Source of the DNA: Mobula birostris
Lineage: Eukaryota
Assembly: GCF_030028105.1 (NCBI RefSeq)
Contig: NC_092390.1
Coordinates: forward strand, 9,610,001-9,674,000
DNA length: 64,000 bases
Direction: 5' to 3'
Position numbers and translations under genes: made by a program. The notes under the pieces are model-generated. The model did not search any database and had not been told where the DNA came from. It saw nothing but the letters and a program-made list of their open reading frames with translations. Of the stretch, positions 11,115-23,350 are shown one piece after another (the first letter of the stretch is position 1; the number at the start of each line of letters is the position of its first letter).

Positions 11115-13643
11115 GGGTGCCCAGAGAATCCAGGTGGGAAAGGACATTACCCAGTGATAACAAGGGAGGCGGAAATAGCGTTTAATACTATTTAACAGGA
11201 ACTGCAGTCAGCCACAGCGTTAGCTTTGCCTGACTATGAGAAGGACTTTCATTTGTATGTATCCAACCGGCAGGAAGGCTATGTCGCAGCGGTTCTAACA
11301 CAAGAAACAGGCACAGGAAAAGCAAAACAACCTATAGCATACTGTAGTCCAAAATTGGATGAGGTGGCTCAGGGGTACCCACCCTGTTATCAGGGACTAG
11401 CAGCATTGTACTATGCCTATGAAAAGGCATCATCCGTGACCATGGGCTACCCTGTGATCCTGTACACACATCATAAGGTAACAGAATTACTGGAAAGAGG
11501 TAAAATCGTGTTGACACCAGCCAGAATAGCAGCATATCAGATGTTATTGACATTTCCAGATATAACTATACAGAGATGTACTACCAGTAATATAACTGAT
11601 TACGTCCCCTTGGGTCATGAAGGAGAACCCCATGGCTGTGTAAGGGAGACAATGGCATTTGCCAAATTAAGAGCAGATTTATGATCCGAACCACTAGAAG
11701 AGGAAGATAAAAAGGTTTTGTTTTAGATGGCTCCTGTTATGGGATTATGTTGGAAATCATGCAGGTTTCTCAGTAGTGCAGCAGGATCAGGCAAGCTTTA
11801 AGACTATTAGAATGGAAGCTTGGCCCGAACCGTGTTCCGCCAATTAGCGGAAATCAAAGCCCTGACAGCAGCGTGTGAAATGATGGAAGGTGAGAAAGTA
11901 GACATTTATACTGACTCGGCATATGCGCATGGAGTGTGTCATTTGTTTGGGGCAGTGTGGAAACAGAGAGGATTTAAGAAGAGTAATGGAGATCCCATAC
12001 AGCACCATCAGCAAATTTTAGATTTAATAACAGCGATGATGAAACCCAAAGCGCTGGCTATAGTGAAGTGTCAGGCACATAAAAAAGGAAACAATGTAAT
12101 AACCAAGGGAAATCAAGCTGCAGACGAAGCAGCCCGGAAAGCGTCTGGATGTACGTTGGCCATCATTGCGCCCCAGGTAAGCTTGGAGCCGGAACCTATG
12201 GTAGAGGACCTGATTGAAATACAAGGTAAGGCAACTTTGGCAGAGCAGACAATGTGGAGACGAAGGGGGCCCAAGCAGAGTCCAGACAGCCTGTGGAGCA
12301 CGGAGGACGGTTTATTGGTAGCACCCACCCCGTTGTTGACTATCCTGATTTCAGAAGTGCATAGGATGGATCATTGTGCAAGGGGGGAAGTGATAAGGAA
12401 AATAAAAAAAGGACGGTTTTTGGTCGCCTTATTTACAGGCTTCAGTAGACCATGTGCTGTCGCAGTGCGAAGTGTGTGCACAGAATAATGTTCGGAAAGG
12501 AATTACAACCCCAATAGGTCATATACCCGTGGCCGAAGGGCCATTTAAACATTTAGTGATTGACTACGTAGACATGATAAGGACAGTAAGAGGGAAATGA
12601 TACATGTTAGTAGTAATTGACAGATTCAGTAGATGGGTAGAAGCGGTACCCTCGAAAGATCAAGGGGCAGGAACACTGGTAAAATTGCTAACAAACGAGG
12701 TGATCCCAAGATTCAGAATACCTACAGAAGTCAGCTCAGACAATGGTTCAGCGTTCATCCAAAAGCTGGTCAAATTAGTACTGCAAGCACTAAGAACAAA
12801 GCAGAGGTTTGGATGCATGTATCACCCTCAGTCGCAGGGCATGGTGGAAAGAATTAATGGGACTCTAAAAACCGAACTGAATAAAATTTGTGCGGGCACT
12901 GAACTCAACTGGATTGAAGCGTTAATGAGTTGCCGCATGCAAACTAATCGAGTGACGTGTCCAACACCGCATGAAATGCTAACCGGAAGGCCCATGCCAG
13001 TGCCCCAGTGGAGAGGACCATATAAAGGGCCTAGTTTGGAACAATTGGAAGTAGAACTAAAACAATACATGCAGCAGCTAACCATGATACATAAGTCTAT
13101 CTATGCACAGGAAAAACGGAAAGAGCCGGAGATCGTGCAAAGGGAAGGACCAATCAAGCCAGGAGATCAGGTCTATGTGCGAGCTTTTCGAAGAAAGTGG
13201 AACGAACCAAGAAGGGAAGGGCCTTTTACGGTAACCAAGGCGTCACCCACCGCAGTTCAATAGAGGGACGCTCCACCTGGTAACATCTCAATCACTACGC
13301 CAGAGCAGTCCCGCAGGTACAGTCAGGTGTGGAGCCCGAGGTAAGTGGTGAAGAGGAATGGATAGCAGGGGACAGACAAGAAGAACAAGGAGCTGTCACT
13401 GTACCACAGGAGTTTGATCAGACCATAAGGGAAGTCTTTGGCTTTGAGAACAGGTCTGATGACCCTAAGGATGGGGTTGTGGATAGTCGTACTCCTTCAG
13501 ACAGTGAGGATAACTTGGGAGTGACCAGTCTAGCCCCTTGGGATGATACACCCACAAACCCCTGTACGGACTTGGAAACCATTAATTTGGCCGATATGGC
13601 ATGGGAATGTGAGGACTCCGCAAACCTTAAAAGAAAGGAGTAA
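11115..13643 (+). pseudogene. pol: ERV pol remnant: connection, RNase H and integrase only
   Basis: ALALPDYEKDFHLYV; LAEIKAL..IYTDSAYA..KCQAH..GNQAAD (RNase H); HHCC plus IDRFSRWVEA/SSDNG/PQSQGMVER (integrase). No DTG or YxDD motif. Confidence 0.9.
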
Positions 13644-15105
13644 GCGGAGCGCAACAGTTACCTCTTTGCAATGGCAACAGACACGTACTAGCCAGTGGTA
13701 CCAATGGGCACAATACAAAGCAGGAATGATGGAGAGACAGAATTGTTATTTGTGCTCCAGGGTGAAGCCCGTGCAACACGTAGCCCCCATGCCTTATAAC
13801 TCCTTCACCTGCACGCAATGGCGAAAGGAGCCAAGAGGGCAGTGTGCGCGGCACTGTCCAAGTGTAGTCAAGACTTGCAGCATGAGAATTTGTAGCAGGA
13901 CAGATTCTTGTTATCAGAAATGTATTGATAACACCCCATATTGCCCTTATTGGTGTATGATATCCCAAGACTCCTCGCAATCCGATCGAAACGTGCTCGC
14001 CCATAAATGTAATTATAGCAGACCTTGGGCCATTAGTAAAAGAAGTCAGGCCCCCACAGTAGGGAAATTGATAATGCAGGATCATTTGAATTATGAATGC
14101 TTAACACGGACAGGTGCTTTTTCGGTTGGCCATTTTAGGGGTAACTGCATGCAGACTTGGGATGTAACCCCAGGCCGAAGATACATAGTAGGTACCCCTC
14201 CACCCGAAGGTGCGTTGGATGTCCAGAACATCCCATTAGTGGACACTTGGTGGTTGTGCGGAATGGAGGAAGGCCTGAGATCCACACTTCCCCTTAGTCG
14301 GGCAGGAACATGTACACGGGTTATGCTGATTAAAGAAGTTGTAGTATCCCCTGAAGTACAATTTGACGCTCCGAAGCAGCAGGCACTGCGGTGGAAGAGG
14401 CGAAAATGTGAACCTGACCCAACGATCTGAATCGACAGTATAGGACAGCCGAGAGGTATACCTAACGGGTTTAAGGCAAGAAACGAGATTGCTGCTGGCT
14501 GGGAAGCGATTATACCTGTAATAGGGGTTAGCAAAAACATTGAATGGATAAATTATATATATTATAATCAACAGAGATTCATTAACTACACCGATGATGC
14601 GCTGGATGCAACTAGTAGAGTGGCGTGGCAGAATAGACAGGTGTTAGACTGGCTGTTGGCAGAAAAAGGAGGAGTTTGTGTAATGTTTGGAGAAGAGTGC
14701 TGTACTTTTATACCAAATAACACTAGTCCGGAGGGATCATTTACCAGAGCAATGAACAAATTGAAAAGTCTGAGAAGAGAAGTTAGACAGAAGGCATGGT
14801 TCAGACATCAGTTATTTGACTGGTTAGATAGTAAACTAGGGGGATGGGGAGCATGGCTAACCAAGATAGCGATAACTGTAGGTATCGTATTGGTAAGCTG
14901 TACAATTGTTTTGTGCTGTTTTCTTCCGTGTCTCAAATCTCTCATAGTGCGGGCTGCAACAAAACGCTTTCCGATGCTCCTGGAAATTGCTGAATCAAGC
15001 CCAGTGGAAAGAGAAACACCGATAATGTTCTGTTACAGCTTACACGACTTGCAAGATGTACAGGAGGGAAATGATAATGTGGCAGTAGACTGTAAAGGCT
15101 GCTGA
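13640..15105 (+). pseudogene. env: ERV env, disrupted (gamma-type TM)
   Basis: Furin-like RWKR; GQPRGIPNGFKARNEIAAG; WINYIYYNQQRF; immunosuppressive domain QNRQVLDWLLAEKGGVC-X6-CC; TM helix. A stop at 14428 splits it, and no signal peptide is evident. Confidence 0.9.
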
Positions 15106-15303
15106 GTCTTTTTTCCTGTCTCAGACACGAAGGGATAGGTTTTTGGCTCAGTGGCCTAGGAAGGTAAGGAGAGAACACTTTGAGTTCTAAGCAGAAGAAA
15201 TTATAGTTTGACCCAGATTTGGGAGCAAATTCTGGAGTTTATTTGAGCTTTTGTGTGTGGACTCGTAGTTCCCTCTCTGTGTGAGACCCTATAGGTCTCA
15301 AAG

Positions 15304-15762
15304 GGTGGATTATATTGGAAAACATTGTAACACTCTGTTTTTTAAGTGTTTATTTAAGTGTGCTTTTATTGTGCATCAAGTGTTTATTCAGGTGTTTACT
15401 ATGCCTTTGCTATGCATTAAGTGCCTGTTATTGAGTGTGTAGGGGATTCCTATGGTATTTCACTATGTAACCATTGATTTATTAGCTAGAATGAAACCTG
15501 TGTACTTCTGTCCCCTCGAGAAAAAAAGATGTAACCAAGTAAACAGATATAAGGCGATTGATTTATTAGCTAGAGTAAAACTTACAGCGATATGCTAATG
15601 CAGTTAAGCGAGAAGGGGGGCTATAAAGAATGCTGGGTGAAACAGGCAGACAGGCATTCAGAGGCTAGCCCACTGACTGTCTCAGCTTTGGTTTGCAAAT
15701 TAAAGTTTAAACGTTTCTTGGAGAATCTTCGGCGTCTCCTTGTCCTTTGTAAAACCACGGCA
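15304..15762 (+). repeat. ERV 3' LTR, preceded by or overlapping the PPT aaagggtggat
   Basis: About 20 substitutions and one 6-nt indel versus the 5' LTR, counted by eye. Confidence 0.9.
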
Positions 15763-16030
15763 ACATTGAGCTTTCTAACTTATTATCTCTCAGGCATTGT
15801 ATCTTTCTCTCTTTACCTCATCCTGGTCAACTTTGAAACTCCACCAAGGAGAATATGCTTCTCATTTTCTCCAACCTTCCCTGCTCCCAACAGATGCCAT
15901 TCAGCACGGTTCAACGTGGTCCCAGGTCACCCACCTGTCATGTGGTCAAATGCTGCCAGCAGAGACGTATTTATGCCTGTAGGCATTTATCTGAAATCTT
16001 ATGGACTGGCAGCAGATTGAGGAAAATGAA
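15763..16030 (-). pseudogene. Degenerate, internally deleted paralog of the ~300-aa gene (unit 1)
   Basis: Aligns to the intact gene's 5' flank and start (cccacctgtcatgtggt..gctg..agagac) and to the WWSF..ER..REII..KAQ block (minus-strand WWSFKVDQDEVKRERYNA*). Confidence 0.75.
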
Positions 16031-16699
16031 TCTGTAATTATTTTCAACATTAGCTCACTGTTAGTTGAGGAAAGAGAGATACTTGTGAAACTCGATAACT
16101 GAACTTCACTGGTATAGATGGTCACAACCACACCCACTTCATTCTGTCATAACCAGCCCAACATATAATGCCCATCCGTACAACACAGAAAATGCTGGAG
16201 GAACTCAGCAGACTAGGCAACATCTGTGGGAAAGAGTAAACAGTCAGTGTTTTGGGGCGAGAGCTTTCAGCAGGACTGGATAAAAAAGATGAGAAGTTTA
16301 GAGTCAGTAGGTGAAGGAGGGGGAGGAAAAAACACAAGGTGGTAAGTGATGGGTGAAACTGGGAGAGAGGGAGGGGTGAAGTAGAGAGCTGGGAAGTCAA
16401 TTGGTGAAAGAGATAAAGGGCTGTAGAAGGGTGAATCTGGTAGGTGAGGACTGAAGACCACGGAAGAAAGTCATGAATATCCAATAGTGTTTGATTTCTG
16501 AGTCTAGGTGATGTGTGACCGGCTGGGGAAACAGTGCTGGTGTTACAAATACTATGTAAACATTCCAAAACAAATGGTACATGTTGAGAATTGTAGCTGT
16601 CATTATGAAAGGAAACAAATATAAAGTGAAGGAGGAGAAAGAGATGGAGAAGGAGAGGGAGAGGAGTCCAAAATAAAAACAGGATGGACATGAGTATAT

Positions 16700-18120
16700 A
16701 TTTGAGATCTAAGCCAGTGGTGAGGACCAAGAAAGTATGATCAATGGAGGTAGAGGAGTGCTTACAGGACTGCTGTCAGTCAGTGTACTGGACAATATTC
16801 AGCAATTCATCTTTGAGTCTGAATGAATACACCACAGTGTCACCAACTTCATCAAGGCCTGTGTGGATGAGTGTGTGCCTTTGAGAACATACAGTACTGC
16901 ACATCCCCAAACTAATAACCGTGGATGCACCAGGAGATTTGTAGTTTGCTGAAGGATAGATCTGTGACGTTCAAGACCAGTGATCCAGAACTACACAAGA
17001 AATCTGGGTACAACGAAGGAAGATTATTTTAAGAGAGAAATGAACAATTGCAGTTGAGGTTCGAGATGGTACTGGATGCTTGTCTGCTTTGCCATTACTT
17101 CCTATAAAGCAAAACCTAACATCATGAATGGCTGACACGAGGAATTCTGCAGATATGCTTCACTCCCAGATGAACTCAACATATTTTATGCACGCTTTCA
17201 AAGGGAGAATATAACTATGCCTGTGTGAATCCCCACAGCATCTTGGTGACTTGTGAACACAAACATGGAGGCCGATGTTGGAATATCTTCAAGGCGGTGA
17301 GCTTTCGCAAGACTTCTGATCTCGGTGGTGAAGTAGGTAGGGCTCTGGAAATACCTGTCAGCCAACAGGCGGGAGGGTTCAAAGACATCTTCAATCTCTC
17401 AGTGCCACATTGAGATGTTCCCACCTGCTTCAGAAGAGTGACAATCATATGAATCACCATGAATGCCAGGGTGAGCTGCCTCAACCACCGTTGCCAATGG
17501 CACTCAGCTCCACTCTGATGAAGTGCTTTGAGAGGTTGGGCATGACTAGAATCAACTCCTCTGATGAAGCAAGGACTTGGACCCAGCGCAACTTGCCAAT
17601 CGCCACAATAGGTCTACAATGAATGTAATCTCACCAGTTCTCCACTTGGCCTTGGATCATCGGGAGAATACTAATACCTATGTTAGGTTGCTGTTTATTG
17701 ATTACAGCTAAATGTCAACCCAATCAGACACTCGGTTCTAAGCTCCAAAACCTGGACCTCTGTACCATCCTCTGCTACTGGATCCTTGACTTCCTCATCA
17801 GGAGACCACAGCCAGTCTGGATTGGAAATAGCATCTCTTCCTCACTGACAATCAGTACTGGTGCACCTCAATGATGGCTGCTTGACTGAATGCTGTACTC
17901 TGTGTACACCCACGACTGTGCGGCTAGGAACAGCTCAAATGACATCTATAAATTTGCCGACAACACAAGTATTATTGGCGGAATTTGAGATGGTGACAAG
18001 GAAGTATACAGGAGATGGATCAGCTGGTTGTGTGGTGTTGCACAACAATCTTGCACTGAACATCTGTAAGACCAGGGAATTGATTGTGGACTTGAGGAAT
18101 GGGAAGTCAAGGGAACACAC
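16700..18120 (+). mobile_element. Degenerate Rex1/Babar LINE; copy at about 39880-41345
   Basis: [61 protein letters not shown]. Confidence 0.75.
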
Positions 18121-18366
18121 TTTCATGCTTCCTCCGAGCAGCACGGTCCTCCTTGGTCCAATACGCTTTCCTGCCAGAGGCACAGATGTTGGCACCAACA
18201 CCTGTTTGTCCTCTGTTGGGCAATGGTTCATGGTATTCGGTATGGTGACTATTGTGGCATCATCCAGTACCTTTATTCATTTGCTTGCAGATGGCTTCAT
18301 TGCAGGGGATGTGGCATGCAGATTGATCTCCAACCAAGTTGTAGTTGCCAATCAGGCACTCATGTC

Positions 18367-19034
18367 AGGAGGAGGAGAAGATGGCGGCGCGACGCAGTGC
18401 GCGTGGCCTCTTCGGTGATGAATATCTGTAATCTGTCAAGTAGGAGGCTGTGCACAATTCTGACTTGATGGAGGCAGACATGATAGCACGGAGGAACATC
18501 TGGTGAAATTTCTGAAATGCCTGCTTCGCTGCCGCTGCTACTGTGTGATCCGAAATCTCTGGAGGGGAAGGCCCCGAATCCTCGAATTTGCCTGTTGCTT
18601 GGCGTCCGGGGCCGGGGTCGAAGTGCTCGGCAGAGATGGTGCTCGGTGCTCAGTGTCGGAGGCTCAAAGTTTTCAGACGGACTCAGAGTCGGACTGTGGT
18701 CGGGTGCTTCCAGGATGCTGCATCGACGAGTTTGAGGCACTGGAAGCTCATGGCAGGGAGAGTTTCTCCCTTCTACCGTCTGCGTGAGATGTTGGGGCTA
18801 TCGGGACTTTGAGACTTTTTTTTTACCGTGCCCATGGTCTGCTCTTTACCAAATTACAGTATTGCTTTGCACTGTTGTAACTATATGTTATAATAATGTG
18901 GTTTTGTCAGTTTTAGTCTTGGTCTGTCTTGTATTTCTGTGATATCATACCAGAGGCACATTGTATCATTTTTTAATGCACGCATTTCTAAATGACAATA
19001 AACGAGGACTGAGTGTCCTCATAATCTAATCTAA
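18367..19034 (+). mobile_element. Non-autonomous retroposon with a YY1-like 5' end and (AATCT)n tail
   Basis: Starts GGAGAAGATGGCGGC; AATAAA then ataatctaatctaa; absent at the homologous site in unit 3 (cactcatatccccataatgc). Confidence 0.7.
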
Positions 19035-19949
19035 AGTCCCCATAATGCTGGACTTACTGTTTTTACCACAGACAACTCAATATGGCTTTTGGTTGTCGTA
19101 TTTTACTGTTACTAATCTCATTCCCACAGGAGCTGCAGGCCCAGATGGAGTTCCAGGACGGGTACTTAAAGACTGTGCTGAATAACTGGCTGATGTATTT
19201 ACCAGAATTTTCAATCTGTCTCTATGTCAGGCAACAGTCCCCAAGTGCCTGAATTCAGCCATCATAGTGCCTGTCCAGAAGAAAACAAACACCAACAATT
19301 TGAATGACTATCGTCCGGTTGCCCTCACACCAGTAATAATGAAGTGCTTTGAGGGATTGGTCCTCTCCCACATTAAAGTCACTATTCCTGCTACACTGGA
19401 CTAACTCCAGTTTGCCTATAAAGCAAACAGGTCCGCGGAGGATGCCATCTCATTAGCTCTTCACACTGTCCTGACACACCTGGAGGGAAAGGGCACATAC
19501 ACGAGAATGTTGTTTGTTGATTATAGCTCTGCTTTTAATACTGTCATCCCCAGCAAGCTCATCTCCAAACTCCACCAGCTAGGCCTCAGCTCATCACTCT
19601 GCAACTGGGTCCTGAATTTCTTGTCAGAGCGTTCACAGGCGGTGAGCCTGGGCCCTCACCTGTCCTCCACTACTGTCCTGGACACTGGTACACCACAAGG
19701 TTGTGTATCGAGTCCCATAGTCTACTCCATCTTCACTTACAACTGTGTACCTGCATTTAACACCAATACCATCGTCAAATTCGCAGACGACACAACAGCG
19801 ATCGGGTTGCTCCCAAACAGAGACGAATCAGCGTACAGAGTAGAGGTACAGAGCTTAGTGAGCGGGTGCTCAGAGATCAACCTGTCTCTTAATACAGCAA
19901 AGACTAAGGAGCTAATTATCAATTTTAGAAAGTCACGGAATGATGAGTA

Positions 19950-21882
19950 GAAGTGTCTCCCGCTTTTCGAAAGTTCACTTCACGACACCTCGCTGTTACG
20001 AAAGACCTACATTAGTTACCTGTTTTCGCTAACAGAAGGTGCTTTCACTGTTATAAAAAACGGCAGCGCGCGCCCCGAGCAGCCAAGCTCCTCCCCCGGA
20101 ACTGCATTCTAGCCGGCATTGCTTAAACACGTGCCTGTGAGCATCTGTGCTTTATGTCGATTTATTTTGAGCATCCGTTAGCAAGATGAGTTCTAAGGTA
20201 TCGGAAAAGCCTAAGAGAGCTCGTAAGGGTGTTACACTTAGCGTAAAACTAGACATAATTAAGTGTTTCGATCGTGATGAACGAAGTAAGGACAAAGTGA
20301 GTTTGGCTTGTGGAAGTTGACGAAGATGATCTTGAAGAGGTTTTGGCATCCCATGACCAAGAGCTGATAGATGAAGAGCTGATGCAATTGGAAGAGGAAA
20401 GGATAACAATTGAAACTGAATGCAGTAGCGAGTGGACCGAAAGTGAAGTTGTCCAGGAACTGAACGTGAAGCAACTGTGTGAGATTTTCACTGCAATTGA
20501 CAACAATGATTGCAGAAAAGTACGACTTCAATTTTGAAAGGATACATAGATCTCGGGCATATTTGCAGGATGGTTTGAGTGCTTACAAAGAACTGTATGA
20601 TAGGAAAATGCGCGAGGCTAAGCAGTCAAGCATACTGTCGTTTTTCAAGCCTTCCACATCAGCCACAGCAGACGACGAACCTCAACCTTCGATATCGAGG
20701 CAGGCAGACATAGAAGAAGATGATCTGCCTGCCCTGATGGAAACAGACGACGATGAGATGACACCCCAGTGTCCCACCACCCCAACCTCCGACAATTCAG
20801 TCTAGCACACCATCATCAGAGTGCTCGCTGTCTTCCCGATTCCGGTAAGTGACACTACATCGTACATACATTATTTCTACTTTATATTGGCTGTGTATTT
20901 TTATGTGTTATTTGGTATGATTTGGCAGCTTCATAGCTTAAAGGTTAAGAAACATAGAAAGATAGAAAATAGGAGCAGGAGTAGGCCATTCAGCCCTTTG
21001 AGCCTGCACTGCCATTCAGTATGATCATGGCTGATCATCCAACTCAGAACCCTGCACCTGCCTTCTCTCCATACCCCCGATCCCTTTAGCCACAAGGGCC
21101 ATATCTAACTCCTCTTAAATATAGCCAATGAAGTGGCCTCAACTGTTTCCTGTGGCAGAGAATTCCACAGATTCACCACTCTCTGTGTGAAGAAGTTTTT
21201 CCTCATCTCGGTCCTAAAATGCTTCCCCTTTATCCTTAAACTGTGACCCGTCGTTCTGGACTTGCCCAACATTGGGAACAATCTTCCTGCATCTAACCTG
21301 TCCAATCTCTTTAGGATTTTATACATCTCAATAAGGTCCTCCCTCAATCTTCTAAATTCCAGCGAGTATAAACCTAGTCGATCCAATCTTTCATCATATG
21401 AAAGTCCTGCCATCCCAGGAATCAAACTGGTGAACTTTCTTTGTACTCCCTCTATGGCAAGAATGTCTTTCCTCAGATTAGGGGACCAAAACTGCACACA
21501 ATACTCCAGGTGTGGTCTCACCAAGGGCTTGTACAACTGCAGTAGTACCTCCCTGCTCCTGTTACTGGAGAGAGTGTTTCTGCTGACAGCGCTTGTGTGA
21601 GATTTTCGCTGCGCTAGAAAATGCTTCAATGATTGCAGAAAAGTATTTCTACTTTATATAGGCTGTGTATTTATCATATCCTTCCTGCTTTTACTATATG
21701 TTACTGTTATGTTAGGTTTTATGTGTTATTTGGCATGATTTTGTAGGTTATTTTTTGGGTCTGGGAACGCTAAAAAAATTTTCCCATATTAATAAATGAT
21801 AATTGCTTATTCACTTTACGGCATTCTGGCTTATGAACCATTTCATAGGAACGCTCTACCTTCGGATAACGGGGGAAAGCTG
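19950..21882 (+). mobile_element. Internally deleted Tigger/pogo-family DNA transposon
   Basis: TA-flanked imperfect TIRs; N-terminal KPKRARKGVTLSVKLDIIK (CENP-B-like HTH) joined to C-terminal EVDEDDLEEVLASHDQELIDEELMQLEE. Confidence 0.75.
20947..21561 (-). mobile_element. CR1 LINE 3' fragment nested in Tigger
   Basis: LVRPHLEYCVQFWSP..FFTQRVVNLWNSLP; (TTTCTATG)-type tail. Confidence 0.9.
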
Positions 21883-22659
21883 TATACTCCGGTCTATATT
21901 AACTGGGACATAGTGGAGGGAGTGTCCAGTTTCAGGTTTCTGGGAATACATATCTCAGAAGGCCTTATATGGTCCACTAATACCACTACTATAGTTAACA
22001 AAGCACAGCAACGCTTGTTTTTCCTGTGGACGCTGAAGAGAGCTGGTCTACCTGAACAGGTGCTGGTGACCTTTAACCGCTGCACCACAGACAGCATCTT
22101 AACATACTGCATCTCTGTGTGGTATCTCAGTTGTACAGCAGCTGATAGGAAAGCACTTCAGCGGGTCATCTCTAGCCCACAGAAGATCATCGAGACACAG
22201 CTCCCAGCCCTGGAGGACACCTACAGCTCTCGCTGCCTAAGGGAAGCTACAAGCATCTGTAAGGACAATACACACCCATGGAATCATCTGTTTGAACTTC
22301 TTCCATCTGTCAGATGTCATAAGATTTTCTATGCCCGCACTTCCAGACTGAAAAATAGCTTTTTCCCCAGAGCTATAATTGCTCTGAACCGATCGATCAA
22401 TCATCATCCATAAATTTGTTATTTTGCTACTTTAATATTGGATTTATGGCTGTCATGCATCTGAGTTGTGCTTTTGTACTGCTGGACATTGCTTGTACTG
22501 GCTGGTTACTTGATTTATTTATTGTTTATTTATTTTATTTGTTGTTTTACAGCATTGAGTTTGAGAGTTGCAAACTGATTTTCACTGTATTGGTGCATGA
22601 CAAATTGTACTATTCAATGACAATAAAGATATTTCATTTCATTTTGTTATCTTTTCTCT

Positions 22660-23350
22660 GGTAATAGCCCTCAGTTATCTGGATATCTGCAGGCTTCCGT
22701 TCAGTATCTTTGAAATGCTATTCAAACTTATTTTACGGCATAACTGAAACAGCTGAACCAGGGTCCAATACCATACTAATTAATTTGCTGGTCTACTGGT
22801 TATTTTCATGATTTAAATCTCAAGGCTACACAATCCTGTGTCATTCTCATCATTTTCAGAGTTTTCATCAACAGCATTTAGATTAGTGTTCTATTTGAAA
22901 CTGCAACTTGAACTTTCATCTTTTTCTCTGCTCTGTGGAGTCCATTTACTTTTGTCTGCCTGACATGCTCGTGGTATGTCTCCTGGTTTACTGCATTTCC
23001 TGTAAATTTCACCTTTAAACCTGCATTTGTTGGGTGTATTTCAGCCCCTGTCACAACCGTAACCATTGGTATGGCCAGGACAGTTTCTGTTTATCTGCTG
23101 CAATTTTGTTCACACTCGCTTTCATTCCTGACTGCAACTCAATTGTGCCTCTGTCTGCAGCTTCCATTGAAACAGTGTTCATTTGAATGTAAACAGTGCT
23201 TCAGTTAGGAGCTGTTTTTAATATTTTCTTTTAAGATTCCCCAAACCAAATGATCTCTTAATGTTTCATTAATCCCATAATGAGCCCAAACTGAGAATGC
23301 TCAGACAATCTCTTCAATTCAGCCACACACAATGAAGTGGACTCCCTTTC
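22660..23350 (-). mobile_element. Gypsy-type gag/protease remnant; copy at about 58630-59360
   Basis: The unit-3 copy reads CYCCDRGSHTPNKCRFKGEIYRKCNKPGHIQ (double knuckle); AELKRLSEHSQFG. Confidence 0.6.

Larger units (their letters stand above)
7711..15762 (+). mobile_element. Endogenous retrovirus (gamma/epsilon-type), defective, protease and RT deleted
   Basis: Two ~455-bp LTRs, tRNA-Ser PBS, gag with zinc knuckle, TAG-G gag-pol junction, RNase H, integrase, env, PPT. Absent from units 2 and 3. Confidence 0.95.
19130..22655 (+). mobile_element. Rex1/Babar LINE ORF2 3' half, interrupted by Tigger
   Basis: [37 protein letters not shown]; resumes at 21885 with FRFLGIHIS...RTSRLKNSFFPRAI. 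Absent in unit 3. Confidence 0.85.

Noticed and set aside
13543-15105. Domesticated syncytin-like env gene
   Set aside because: Internal stop, apparent deletion near the heptad, and no signal peptide; part of a decaying provirus.
15592-16020. Plus-strand ORFs repeated at 38915 and 57031
   Set aside because: Antisense to the degenerate paralog, and one starts in the LTR; start positions are inconsistent.
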